A stretch of DNA of 63,590 bases, the filler included, from Octopus bimaculoides (taxonomy: Eukaryota), in NCBI RefSeq assembly GCF_001194135.2. It is 6 parts of 5 records of this genome, joined end to end, with 100 filler letters (N's around TTAATTAATTAA, not from the genome) between each part and the next. Parts side by side here need not be neighbours in the genome. Positions count along the whole stretch, not along the records: positions 16,526 to 38,596 come from NC_068988.1; positions 38,697 to 42,737 come from NW_026435451.1; 4 more parts are not named here. One strand, written 5' to 3'. The notes under the pieces are model-generated. The model was given only the letters and a program-made list of their open reading frames with translations. It was not told the origin of the DNA and made no database searches. The position numbers and the translations under genes were made by a program. Of this stretch, positions 29,171 to 41,700 are shown piece after piece (position 1 is the stretch's first letter; each line of letters begins with the position of its first letter).

Positions 29171-29499
29171 AATATTTTCATCCTTGAGTGACCATATAAG
29201 TTTGCTAAGACTTGTTGAAAATTTTCTATATAGTAATATTTATTTTTGTTTGTTGTGACTATAAATCTATAGACAGTATTTCTTGCTTCAGTTTTTTAAA
29301 TTTAATTTGCGTTGTCTTGTAAAAGTGCAATCACATTTACTATGTATCAAGCTATGAACGTCTTTATTAAATTTTACAATTTTTGTGTTTCTATTATACT
29401 TTTGCTCATTATCTTTATTGATTTCTTGATGATCGCTACTCTTTCTAGTCACCATATATGTCTGTCTTTGGATCTATGGAATTATCTAATTGAATAGTT

Positions 29500-31060
29500 A
29501 CCATTTTATCATTGTTATTTTCCTAGCGGTGGTTTCAATAGAATTTTCACCAATTATCTTACTACCATTTTCAAAAAGGTATTATTATTATCTTTAATTT
29601 GGTTTTCCCTTTTTACTTACCTTATTAATTTTATTGTTCCGTGCTTGCGCAATTTGTTTGGTGTTGTGTTCGGATATAATTTGAGCTAAATTTTTCGAGC
29701 TGGAGAACGCAATTTTGATTCTTCGTTTATTAAATAAATTATCGTTTTATTCGTTTCCGGAAAAAATTATCTAGTATTTCGTAGAACATTATGGTCGAAG
29801 TGAATGCTTTAACTTTGTTTCTTATTGTGTTAGAGATTCTGTGTTTAATTTTATTATAGTATTTTTTAGTAGTTGATTTAAGTCGAGTGTTCAAGTCGTT
29901 GTTATAGTTCCTTATGTTATTAGAATACTGCATTTTGTTATTATTCGTTAGTTATGCTTGTGGCTAGATATCAGTCTCTCGTTATGATAGCTATATATTT
30001 TATTTATACGCTTATTGCAATCATTTACCGTATCCTTATTTCTAGTTTTCTTACTCTTCTTAGTTTCATTTCTGTGGTATTTTTTATTATCAGAATTAAC
30101 TATTCCATTATTATCGTTGGTTCCTGAATTATTTTGGGCTGTATTATGTTTACACTCACAGTTATTAGTTTTACAAAATTTCAAATTTTTCCTATATCCT
30201 CTGCTTTTTCTAAAGCTGAATTGTAACAATTTTTATTTAGTTTAAACATTTCTTCATTAGCAGAAAGTTTAGAGATACGGTTTCAAATATTTTTTACTAC
30301 TTTCTGTGTTACCCAAGCCGGTGGTTACTATTTATATTTATATATTTGAGGTTTGTGGTATGGTCGGTATTTGATTTTAGGTCTCGTGTTATATCTAGGA
30401 TGTTTACTGCCCCTCTTTAATCGATATATTAAGTCCTAAGGTTTTGAAAGATTTGAAGAATTTGTTTCAGCATTTTTCAATACCTCTATTTGAAAGGTTA
30501 GTCCTGTGTGAAAAGTGCATCGTCTCTATATAGATCTCCTCCGACTTGAGTGAATTCCTTGTTTCCCTGTTAATGCAAGATAGTATATAGGTTCCGACTA
30601 AATCTGTCATCTGCGCTGAATCATTTGAGCCCGTAGTCATGTCGAAAATATCTGGCCGATCATTCCTAATCCAATATTTATCTTCAAATTTAATGTTTGA
30701 ATTTCTAGCTGTCAAGATTAGGAATATTACTGAACCATTCAATTAATTCTAATGAACTAGACCATTGATCTAGTCTAAGGGTATTCTTAAGAGTAGGTAT
30801 ACATTTATCGATGATGTTTTTACGAAGTTTAATTACATCTGATTTGGAGGGGCAAAGGAGTCTTACTGTGGGGTTCGTTATGAAATTTGATGTGATCTTG
30901 AATGCTAATGCGTGCGGTTCTCGGTTCATTTGGATACGTTCTGTCGCTTAATCCATATATATCCACAGTGTTATTTTTAGCTTGCAGGTTAAGTTTCTTC
31001 AGATTGTTAGGGTTAAGCGAGGATAAAGGAAAAACTTCAGAGGGATCAATAACCAAAGCA
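29500..31060 (-). mobile_element. Penelope-like retroelement reverse transcriptase remnant
   Basis: Minus-strand fragments NFITNPTVRLLCPSKSD...LDQWSSSLELIEWFSNI and FDMTTGSNDSAQMTDLVGTYIL match Penelope RT motifs (RLINPAKS, QW, DVTMGSxDGAE). Confidence 0.85.
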
Positions 31061-31259
31061 TTTTATACGACATGACTTATTTTGCTTTGGTAATTACATA
31101 CTTATATGACTAAATAGTATTTGCTATGATTTCGGATGGAGTTCATGAACGAATTAGCGACAACATAATCGTTATTACATTCAAACGACAGAATGCGTAA
31201 CTTATTTATCTCTCTATTACAAAGTGATTAACACATATATTTTTGCAGATTCAACAAAA

Positions 31260-32270
31260 ATGACAGAAAATCACAAGAAATTCAGTGCAGTGAGGGAAGA
31301 AATCCTTAAACGAAGTAAACTGACAAATGGATTTGAATTACGGGAGAAATTCTTTATTTTCCATCAGAAGGTTTCGTTATCTACCTTTTCATCGTCAAAT
31401 TACAGGGAAAGATCGAAATACATTTTGCATCGCATGTTCTTCCTTATGGCTCTTATTGATTGTTTCCGCTTTTCATTCTTTGCCTTCAAGGTAATATTCC
31501 TGAACCATTCTTCAAGAACATTGGCTATCTTGATGCTAGTAGAATGGAAATTTTGCTATTTTTTTTACTCTATCATCATGCTATATAAATCTGGAGCCTA
31601 TGAAACGCTAAAAGAAACATTTTGGAATAGCACACTTTTGTGTGTATGTGACAATTGTGATTTTAAGCGCGTCATTCTGTTGAAAATTGAGAAAATTAGA
31701 ATTATCTTTCAACTTATATTAGTGTTTATTTTATACCCGTGTCTAACGGTTGTGTTACCGTTAATGTCCAAGAATCATTTTAGTATTTTTAAATTATTTT
31801 ATTATCCTGTTCCCTCTGACAGTGTTTATATGTTTGTGCCTCTTTTGTTAGGCTGGATTATATTTGCATTCGTTGTTCTGCAAATTTTTCCTCAACTTAA
31901 CTTGTGTTGGTTAGTAGTAGAACATTTGATTATAGAATTTGGTATTCTGAAGGAGAAATATCGGGAGGTTTTAAATGCAGAATCCAGTAAGCAATTCAGC
32001 AATGAATGGATGCAAAGAAACGAAATGATCATGTATTATTGCACAAAACATGCAGAAATGTGTAGCTTATTGGATGAGACAGATAAACCATTGCAACATA
32101 ACACGTCATCATTAATATTGAACATGATACTAGGATTGTGTACCTTATTTTATGGATTTGTGAATGATTTCTTGGAAAATATAGAGCTACTATTTGTATG
32201 TGTTTTACCAATAATACTTTCCTTGATAGCTGGATGGGTGCTTTACAGAGGAATGAAGCTTCATCAAAAT
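31260..32270 (+). CDS. Grl/7TMIC gene, long N-terminal coding exon 1b (337 codons, TM1-TM6), paralog of 1a
   Basis: Stop-free ORF MTENHKKF...GMKLHQN. Shared blocks with 1a: WKFCYFF, NSTLLCxCDNCD, LQIxPQxN, EFGxLxEK, YCTxHxEMCxLL, LNMILGLCT. Acceptor TTTTTGCAG 11 nt before the ATG. AAT|GCAAGT at the position equivalent to the 1a donor. Confidence 0.85.
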
Positions 32271-33553
32271 GCAAGTATTATGACATTTTAAACTTATTTG
32301 CAAATAACCTAATATAAAGTTAATAAAAGAATGCATCAGTTTAGATAATGATTCAAAATAATTTAATCCATCATCAATTGATCAATAATAAAGCAGCTAT
32401 GCAAAAGCTTTTCTCACAACGAAGCGCTATATCTTAGTAAACGTTCATCATTCAGATTAATCTGTTAAATGTAAGTCTTATATATTCAAATTGTTTTGAA
32501 TTAATCATGCATTACCTCGTATCTTCGAGATTTCGATGATTTGAGTGTTTATTTTTAGGATGATGTTGTAGGGTAGGTGTGAGATATCTGATCTGGCCAG
32601 TTTCATCATAACATCATACAACTAGTACTATATTTGAGCCAGATATGGCCTGGTTAAATAGTAACTGACTTTAATACTTAATGTATATCCCATCAGTATT
32701 GAAGATACGGTTATTAACTAGGAGTTCTTTTTAAACACGACTATAAACTACCACATGAAGAATTAATGCTGATAACATAAAATTATTTTACACGGTGAAA
32801 TGTTTTATTTACTGTATTTTTTGTATTTAGAAAGCTACCAGTATCACATGACAAAGCATCGTTCGTTGAGAATTGGCTAATATGGAGGAATAATATATTT
32901 TTGCATGACATGGAATGTTTTCCTATACATAGTATTTTCGTAACAACCCATGTATGTATGGCAAATGTTGTGGACCAATAAGTGAGGCTTTACTCTTGTT
33001 ATTATCATTAACTCGGTGTCCTAGCAGAATTGCTAGCAGGCCTGAGAAAATGCTTAGCAGTGTTTTGTCCGTTTTCATGTTCTGAGCTCAAATTCAGCCA
33101 AGTGCGACTTTGCTTTTCATTCTAAATAAATACCAGTCGAGTCGTGGTGTCGATGTAATCGATTAGCACCCAGTCCACAAATCTGCAGGTCTTTGTGACT
33201 ATATAAGAAAGGATTGCTACCATTAAAGCGACGAGGTGCCAGTATTCTTAGAACACCGGACAATCTGCTTAGCGGTATTTTGTTCGTTTTTGCGTTGTGG
33301 TTTCAAATTACATCGAGGTCGACTTCACCTTTCATTCTTGCGAAGATGATAAAATAGATACCATTGGAAATTTGAATGAGGGATCAGTTGGAGAAAGTCA
33401 GATGTTATTACCTGTAGATGAGTTGCGATTGGCCGAGAAAGATCACGTAGTGTCGCAGTTTGATGTTGGCTTCTATCTATCTATCTATCTATCTATCTAG
33501 ATCTATCTATTTATAGAACTATTTCTTCTTTCTCTCTCTCTCTTTACATACAT

Positions 33554-33629
<76 letters not shown>

Positions 33630-34059
33630 GTATATNNNNNNNNNNTATATATATATATATATATATTAATGGTGATGTTATTCTAAGTATGACAACGGAA
33701 GACCTGATGACGCAATCCAATGCTGAGGTATCATCATCATCATCATCATCATTATCATCATCATCGCCATCGCTTCTTGTCCAAAGAAAATGTAGTGATC
33801 TCGGTCTCTTATACGCCATGCAAACTGGACATGTGAACCGGTGATACGAATTCCACGATTTGAGATGGTACTTAATGTCCAAATTATAAACATTGATTTA
33901 AGGTGAAAATTATCTCTAGATTATCTCATAAAATGTTTCCTTACGGTATGTTTAATAATGCTTCAATACACATTATGTCATTGTTACGAGATGTAATACT
34001 TGTAGTAATCCATGACAAATTTATTAACCTAAACGTCTCACCTTATTTTGATATCATAG

Positions 34060-34128
34060 ATCCATGATATCGTCGAAGATCTGTACGCCATGAATTTTAA
34101 AGGTTTGTCAACCGAAACCAGAATGAAG
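34060..34128 (+). CDS. Grl exon 2 (23 codons, IHDIVEDLYAMNFKGLSTETRMK), post-TM6 intracellular helix
   Basis: Acceptor ...ttattttgatatcatag| and donor AAG|gtatct, phase 0 at both ends. Length and the LY motif fit the segment after TM6 in GR/OR/Grl proteins. Confidence 0.75.
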
Positions 34129-34425
34129 GTATCTATTCATTGATTTTCAATCCGATTGAGTAAAACATGGATAATTAAAGCGTTGTAAGATAATAATGTA
34201 CAGAACTATCAAATTAAAGAAATATGTATTTTAATGTTATTTATATATTTCTTGCAAAACGAAGCAGTGGCTAATCTCATGAAAAGACAGAAAAAATGTG
34301 TAAGGCATATGAAATTTGCAGATCAACTTAAACGCATAGTCAGTCCGATTTTTTTAAATCTTTATCTGAATTGCGGAAAAAATATTCAAAGGGATATTGG
34401 TTTAGGTCCAATCTCACTAATTGTA

Positions 34426-35320
34426 CGAGATCTGATTAATAAGTATCAGGACTGTTGCCATAGTAACGAAGTTATAGAACACAGAGTAAAGCCGCTTGGC
34501 AGAGATTGACCTTCAGCCTGGCTGTACATTTGCACCAAGTTTTAAAGTTCTAGTTCACTCCCACCGTTTGCAGCAGTGCTTGGAAGGAGGGTGTGTAGCG
34601 TGTGATCGTCGCATTGACCATGACTTAGAAAGTTGTCATGGCGATACCTGTTCAGAGGCTTATGCAAAGTTGCAGAAAGTGTATGGAGAGGGGTGTATGA
34701 GCCGCACGCAAGTGTACGAGTGGTTCAGACATTTCCAAGATGGCCGAAAAAAATGTCGGTATCAATGAACCTTCTGAGAGATCCGCAACCAGCAGAACTG
34801 AAAAAAACATCACTGATGTGCGTGCAACTTTGAGGGAAAACCGTCGAATCACCACTCGTGATTAATCAGAGGATGTGCAGATTAGTTACGGTTCAGTTCA
34901 GTCCATTATCACTAAGGATTTGGGTATGAGACGCCTGTCTACCAAGTTTATGCCAAAAGTGCTCTCAGCTGACCAAAAAGACACTCAGGTTTCAGTTGCA
35001 CAAGATCTCCTTGATTGTGTCGAAACAATCAAAACTTTATGAAAACATTGCGTAGGTTTCTGAGCAGGTATCGCCAAGCTTTTGGCAAAATTTGATGCAG
35101 AATCTGTGCTCACCTTTCTCCGTCATATTCAATGCAACGATCACACGCTACACACCTTCCTTCCAAGCACTGCTTTAAACAGAGGAAGTGAGCTAGAATG
35201 TTAAAACTTAGTGCGCATGCAGAACAAAGTTGAAGATCTATCTTTGCCATGCTTCTTCACTCTGCGTGTTTTAGCTTCGTTACTATGGCAACAGTCAAGA
35301 TAGTTATTGATCAGACCACG
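34426..35320 (+). mobile_element. Internally deleted mariner in Grl intron 2
   Basis: ~45 bp TIRs (...gactgttgccatagtaacgaag) with TA on both sides. HTH remnant YAKLQKVYGEGCMSRTQVYEWFRHFQDGR. No DDD domain. Confidence 0.9.
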
Positions 35321-35669
35321 TATATGCATTTCTATAAATTTATATGAATACATATCGCGTAAAGGAAAATTGAACTCGAGAAAAAGGTCTTAAACACAAT
35401 TGTGATATTCTGAAAACACTAATGTGTATACTTTGGTGTCTCGTTTTGTTACAGAAGCCAATACTTTTATGAAGGGGCTTCATTCTTTAGATGTTTCAAT
35501 TACACTTAAAGCATAATAGGACCGCAGAAAATGTAGTTTTAAAGTTTCTGATCCTTGGTTGGATGATTTTTAGTCTTATTTTACTTCAGTTCCTAGTTGA
35601 TACCAGTTTATATATTTCAGTAAGTTAGTCGGGGGAAAAGTGAAACAACTATATCCCGACTTCGGTCGT

Positions 35670-35850
35670 TTAAGACGAGTTGGCAGAATCGTCAACACAC
35701 CGGGCGAAATACTTAGCGGTATTTCGTCCCTCCTTACTTTCTGAGTTCAAATACTTCCGAGGTCGACTTTGCTTTCATCCTTTCGGAGTCTAGGAAATAA
35801 GTACCAGTCCAGGACTGGGATTGTTGTAATCGACTTTACTATTCATAGGT
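35670..35850 (+). mobile_element. Short SINE (family with gaggtcgactttg core)
   Basis: ttggcagaatcgt...ctgagttcaaat...gaggtcgactttgctttcatcctttcgg...ataagtaccag. Related copies at ~33010-33200, ~33220-33400, ~46830-47040 (-), ~20560-20705 (-) and degraded ones at ~3220-3640. Confidence 0.75.
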
Positions 35851-36264
35851 AAGTATAAAAACTGCTCTTCTATGACAAGCCATGTGGAACCAGTGTGGAC
35901 AAGTAGGTTCATCATACCAGTATAATCCAAGCCCGAATCCACGGCTTCCATATCGGACCGTGTTTGGTGGAGAGAATATACTGAGCCCTTATCCTTCAGC
36001 GGACTGAAAATAAGCAATGAGATGAAAAAAAGTTAATGAAACATAAAATAGGGTTTGTTGTTCATCGCAAAGTAGCATTTATTGGGATCAATTATCAAAG
36101 TTGTCCCTAACACGAACATCTTGTCCACCTCCTTGTTTCCGCAAATATAAGATTATTGTGTTTCCCAAAGAAAGATGTAATATGAAAGACATTTGAGCTG
36201 CTTTTTTTAACATTATGAGCATCTACATAGAGACACAATTTAGTATGGTTGATGTTAATGAGTA

Positions 36265-36495
36265 TACTCTTTTACTCTTTTACTTGTTTCAGTCATTTGA
36301 CTGCGGCCATGCTGGAGCACCGCCTTTAGTCGAGCAATTCGACCTCAGGACTTATTCTTTGGAAGCCTAGTACTTATTCTATCGGTCTAATTTTGCCGAA
36401 CTGCTAAGTTACGGGGTCGTAAACACACCGCCATCGGTTGTCAAGCAATGCTAGACACACAAACACACACACATACACACACACACACACACACA
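36265..36495 (-). mobile_element. Partial SINE, same family as 50975-51395
   Basis: Near-identical to 50980-51200. Truncated by an N gap. Confidence 0.8.
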
Positions 36496-37210
36496 NNNNN
36501 NNNNNNNNNNNNNNNNNNNNNNNNNNNNNNNNNNNNNNNNNNNNNNNNNNNNNNNNNNNNNNNNNNNNNNNNNNNNNNNNNNNNNNNNNNNNNNNNNNNN
36601 NNNNNNNNNNNNNNNNNNNNNNNNNNNNNNNNNNNNNNNNNNNNNNNNNNNNNNNNNNNNNNNNNNNNNNNNNNNNNNNNNNNNNNNNNNNNNNNNNNNN
36701 NNNNNNNNNNNNNNNNNNNNNNNNNNNNNNNNNNNNNNNNNNNNNNNNNNNNNNNNNNNNNNNNNNNNNNNNNNNNNNNNNNNNNNNNNNNNNNNNNNNN
36801 NNNNNNNNNNNNNNNNNNNNNNNNNNNNNNNNNNNNNNNNNNNNNNNNNNNNNNNNNNNNNNNNNNNNNNNNNNNNNNNNNNNNNNNNNNNNNNNNNNNN
36901 NNNNNNNNNNNNNNNNNNNNNNNNNNNNNNNNNNNNNNNNNNNNNNNNNNNNNNNNNNNNNNNNNNNNNNNNNNNNNNNNNNNNNNNNNNNNNNNNNNNN
37001 NNNNNNNNNNNNNNNNNNNNNNNNNNNNNNNNNNNNNNNNNNNNNNNNNNNNNNNNNNNNNNNNNNNNNNNNNNNNNNNNNNNNNNNNNNNNNNNNNNNN
37101 NNNNNNNNNNNNNNNNNNNNNNNNNNNNNNNNNNNNNNNNNNNNNNNNNNNNNNNNNNNNNNNNNNNNNNNNNNNNNNNNNNNNNNNNNNNNNNNNNNNN
37201 NNNNNNNNNN

Positions 37211-37578
37211 AGTGGAGGTGCAATGGCCCAGTGGTTAGGGCAGCGGACTCGCGGTCATAGGATCGCGGTTTCGATTCCCAGACCGGGCGTTGTGAGTGTT
37301 TATTGAGCTCCACGAGGCTCCGGCAGGGGATGGTGGCGAACCCTGCTGTACTCTTCCACCACAACTTTCTCTTACTTCATGTTTCTTTTGTGCTTGTAAT
37401 CCAAAGGGCCAGCCTTGTCGCACTGTGTCACGCTGAATATCCCCGAGAACTACGTTAAGAGTACACGTGTCTGTGGAGTGCTCAACCACTTGCACGTTAA
37501 TTTCACAAGCAGGCTGTTCCGTTGATCGGATCAACTGGAACCCTCGACGTCGTAAGCGACGGAGTGCCAACAACAACA
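37211..37578 (+). mobile_element. tRNA-derived SINE in Grl intron 2
   Basis: Box A TGGCCCAGTGG, box B GGTTTCGATTCC, (CAA)n tail. An inverted relative lies at ~20770-21060. Confidence 0.8.
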
Positions 37579-37812
37579 ATACAAATGTGAAATTTAAAGC
37601 TAATAGACTTATTCCTAGTAAATAATGTATTCCTTTCTGTATTCTTGAAAAACAATCATGCGATGTTTCATGAGGCAAATTTCGATCACAAAGAACGTTC
37701 CCAGGAAATACAAAGAACGTTCCCAGGAAATACTTATTATGACCCGGAACAAAATATCATCGGACGATATTAAAAGTATTTTTGCTAAATTCTTTCCTAC
37801 CTTTATTTACAG

Positions 37813-37902
37813 TTGACATTATTTCTCGATAGATTAAACACAACCCCAAGTGGTATAAGCGTTGGGGGCTTCTTTGTTATAAAGCCATCTTCTGTCCTAA
37901 CG
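37813..37902 (+). CDS. Grl exon 3 (30 codons, LTLFLDRLNTTPSGISVGGFFVIKPSSVLT), anchor domain/TM7a
   Basis: Strong acceptor tctttcctacctttatttacag| and donor ACG|gtaaat, phase 0-0. The peptide matches the GR/Grl pattern L-x-x-F-L-x-R-L...G-I-S-x-G-G-F-F-V-I...L-T. Confidence 0.85.
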
Positions 37903-38279
37903 GTAAATATAATTATAGACCCTTCCAATTCATATACATTTCGTTGCTATTATGCAAAAGTGTCGTAAGTCCAAAACGCTCTTTTTTCAGAAAACGGAAA
38001 ATTAGTTTCACCTTTCCATAGCAAAACCGTTGTACTACACTTTCACAATTTCTTATATGTTGGCATCTGAAGTAGCTGGAAATACGACAGTTTGACCAAA
38101 AGAACCGGCTATTGCACGCAAAAGTAAATTTCGAAAACAAACAAATTTGGCCAAATTTGGACATTCGCCAGTTTAACATAATAGCAACGATTTCTATTCA
38201 TTTTCAAAATTTGTTTAATACTATGTCAATATTAAATTTACATTTAACCGAGTTGCTGATATTGTTGTTGTTGTTGTTG

Positions 38280-38281
<2 letters not shown>

Positions 38282-38362
<81 letters not shown>

Positions 38363-38596
38363 TAGTTTTATTTTTATAACGTGCTTTCACTTCACTACCG
38401 AGCGCAGCTCTGTGCGCCTTGGGTATGTGCTGTGGTTTGCTGTGGTGCTCTTATGTTTACTGTATTGAAAGTGTTTTGCGTAGAATGTGTGCAGTACCCA
38501 GTAGTGCAATTTTCTGTATGTTATATATATTTGTAAGTCCTGGTGTTTTTGTTATGTATTTGTCTGAATATTTTTTTATTATACCTAAGGCACCTA
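38282..38596 (-). mobile_element. R4/Dong-type 3' end with (TAA)n tail
   Basis: Minus strand reads GALGIIKKYSDKYITKTPGLTNIYNIQKIALLGTAHILRKTLSIQ*, followed by a long (TAA)n tract. Confidence 0.8.
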
Positions 38597-38721
38597 NNNN
38601 NNNNNNNNNNNNNNNNNNNNNNNNNNNNNNNNNNNNNNNNTTAATTAATTAANNNNNNNNNNNNNNNNNNNNNNNNNNNNNNNNNNNNNNNNNNNNCAGA
38701 GTCCTAAAGCACATATATATT

Positions 38722-41700
38722 TGTTGTGGTGAGAGTACGACACCCCTGACAAGAGTAGATGGCACCACTTCATATAAATAGAAGCTGTCTGACGTAGTCA
38801 GGAGTTCATAGTTTGGTCTTTGAAGTCCAAGTACAGTTTAAAGTTTGAGTTGGTTTATTGGAAATATTGATTGTTGGTTTGTTGTGTCTTTTTTACTGCT
38901 GCTGTTTCTATTTTGTATTGTTATAACACTGTTGCAGTGTAGTCTTTATCTATCTTCAACAATATCAACCATACGGCGATATTAGAGGCATAAGGATAGA
39001 ATATCTAGCAACGAGGATTTTTCAAAGCTCACAGAGGTTATTTGACATTTTGTGTGTGATACAAAATGTTAAACTATGGAGAACCTATTAGCTGCAGTAA
39101 TACGGCTTCAAGAGAAGCAACAGGAACAACTACTACAGGAGTTACAGAAGCAAATATTACAACAACNNNNNNNNNNNNNNNNNNNNNNNNNNNNNNNNNN
39201 NNNNNNNNNNNNNNNNNNNNNNNNNNNNNNNNNNNNNNNNNNNNNNNNNNGTTACAGTCAAGGAAGTCTGAAAATTCGGTAAGTTCGTTTACACCAGACA
39301 TCATGGCAAACTCAGGATATGTTTAAATCCCTTATCTTCATAGAAAGCCTTATGGCAAATGAAGATAGAGGAATTCAGGCAAGGATATTCTCAAAAATGG
39401 AACAAGCGAACCAAGACTTAAGTCTACAGACCATTACAGAAGAATGTCAAATAATGGTAAACCTGAAGCACTGCATGAAAAAAATTCAAGAAAAAGATTC
39501 TGCAAAAATACAGATGTGTCAACCCGGAAAGTACAAGCAAAAAAGAGTGCCGGGCCTCTATCCATGTAACGGATGCGGAGGCCTACACTTTAGAAAAGAG
39601 TGTCCGTTTAAAAACCAATAATGCTACAGGTGTCAGAAACTTGGTTACAAGAGCTCTCACTGTAGGACAAGGTTACGAGGGTCAAATGCAAAATGTTCTA
39701 AGGTGCTTTCAGCAGAAAGTGAATGCAACACAAAAACAAGAAAATTCATACACGCAAAAATAAACATTAAACTACAGCTGGATACGGNNNNNNNNNNNNN
39801 NNNNNNNNNNNNNNNNNNNNNNNNNNNNNATTGGGAAACTGAGGTTGAGTAAATGAACGATAAACTACATTTCATGGGTGAAATGTGTACAGACATCACA
39901 TTTGAAAGAGAAAGATGCAAAGCAAAAATATTCATTGTGGAGAATACAATCAATCAGTTTGGTAAAGATTGGTTGGAGTTATTTGACTTATGGCACCTCC
40001 CCATAAGTCTCTACTGCAAAAACGTAACTGGTTGTCCTGTTAAAAATAAATTGTCTGAGGAATTGAAGAGAAACTTGAAAAAGATGTTTCCCCAAGTACT
40101 ATCAGTGGACATAGGTCAATATAAAAAGACCAAATCCCTTTTTCAAATGAGTTAAAATGCTGTGCCTATATTTAAATCTAACAGAAAAGTATCATCTGCA
40201 GCAATTAAAATCCTAAATGAAGAGGTAGACAGACTGGAAAAGAGTGGAATCCTCTAAAAGGTGGATTACTCTAAGTGGGCGGCACTCATGTTGTACATTA
40301 AAAAGAACAATAATAATATTAGGCTGTGTGCCGATTTCTCTACAGGATTAAAAGACTGCTTGAAGACATACCACCATCTACTCCATTCTCCGGAGGACAT
40401 TTTTGCAAAATTAAATGGTGGAAAAAATTTCTCCAAATTGGATCTGTCTGACTCTTATTTACAGATTAAAATGACAAATGCTCAAAGCGTCTGACAATAA
40501 ATGCACATAGAGGACTGTACAGATATACCTGGTTACCTTTTGGATTAAAGGTTACACTGGCAATGTTTCAGCAAATCATGGATGCTATGTTATACGATTG
40601 TGAATTTACAATACCTTATTTAGACAAAATATTGATTAAAAGTAATTCACGTGAACAGCATGTCGAGTGTATAAAAGCTGTGTCCAAGAAAATTAAAGAG
40701 TACAGGTTCAATTTGAGTGAAGAAAAATGCAAATTGTTTTTGCCTCAAATTAAGTACTTAGGGCAAATGATTGATAAAAATGGTAGATGGCCTGATCGAT
40801 CAAGGGCAGAGGCAATAAAGGAGGTCACGTCTTTGCATGCTGTTGTGGCAATGACAAAGCAGAAGGTTTAAGTGCCAGAACCTCAGAGTTACATACTGTG
40901 CCACCTAGTGGCAAGCTATTTANNNNNNNNNNGCCAGAACCTCAGAGTTACATACTGTGCCACCTAGTGGCAAGCTATTTAGACAGCTATCATCAGGGGA
41001 GGTAACTGTGCCTACAAGTATTATGACTAACGTTATCCAAGAACTGCCANNNNNNNNNNNNNNNNNNNNNNNNNNNNNNNNNNNNNNNNNNNNNNNNNNN
41101 NNNNNNNNNNNNNNNNNNNNNNNNNNNNNNNNNNNNNNNNNNGAAATGGAAGGAGCTTTAAAAAAGAAGCAGAATAAAAATAGAAAGTCAAGTAGTTTCT
41201 CAATACACGACGATATTCTGATGCAATTGCAAAGAGCTGTAGTACCAACTACATTGCAAAAACGTGTATTGCAGCAATTCCACAGCTGACGCCTGGGAAT
41301 GTCGAGGACAAAAGTTCTGATGAANNNNNNNNNNAATTCCACAGCTGACGCCTGGGAATGTCGAGGACAAAAGTTCTGATGAAGAGCTACGTCTGTTGGC
41401 CAACTATGGGCCGAGATGTCAAATAGTTGGCAAGAACTCATCGAGATTGCACACTCATGGCCAAAGCCCTGCCAGTGAAATGTCAATCATGGCCAGAGAC
41501 TGAGAACCCACGGTCTGGGTTACATATCAACTTTGCCAGACTGGAGAACAGTGCTTACTATCAAATCGTGGTAGACAACTGTACAAAGTGGCCAGAGGTA
41601 TGCAGGGGCAATAAACCAACTGCTAAGACAACTATAAAGTTCCCATATGAATTGGTTGCATGGTACAATGTTCCAGACACGTTAGTTTCTGATAATGGAA

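Noticed and set aside
35491-35628. Frame containing LILLQF as the final Grl exon
   Set aside because: It lies upstream of exon 3 and lacks the TY motif.
38641-38652. Recurrent palindrome TTAATTAATTAA
   Set aside because: Always embedded in Ns. An assembly spacer, not a regulatory element.
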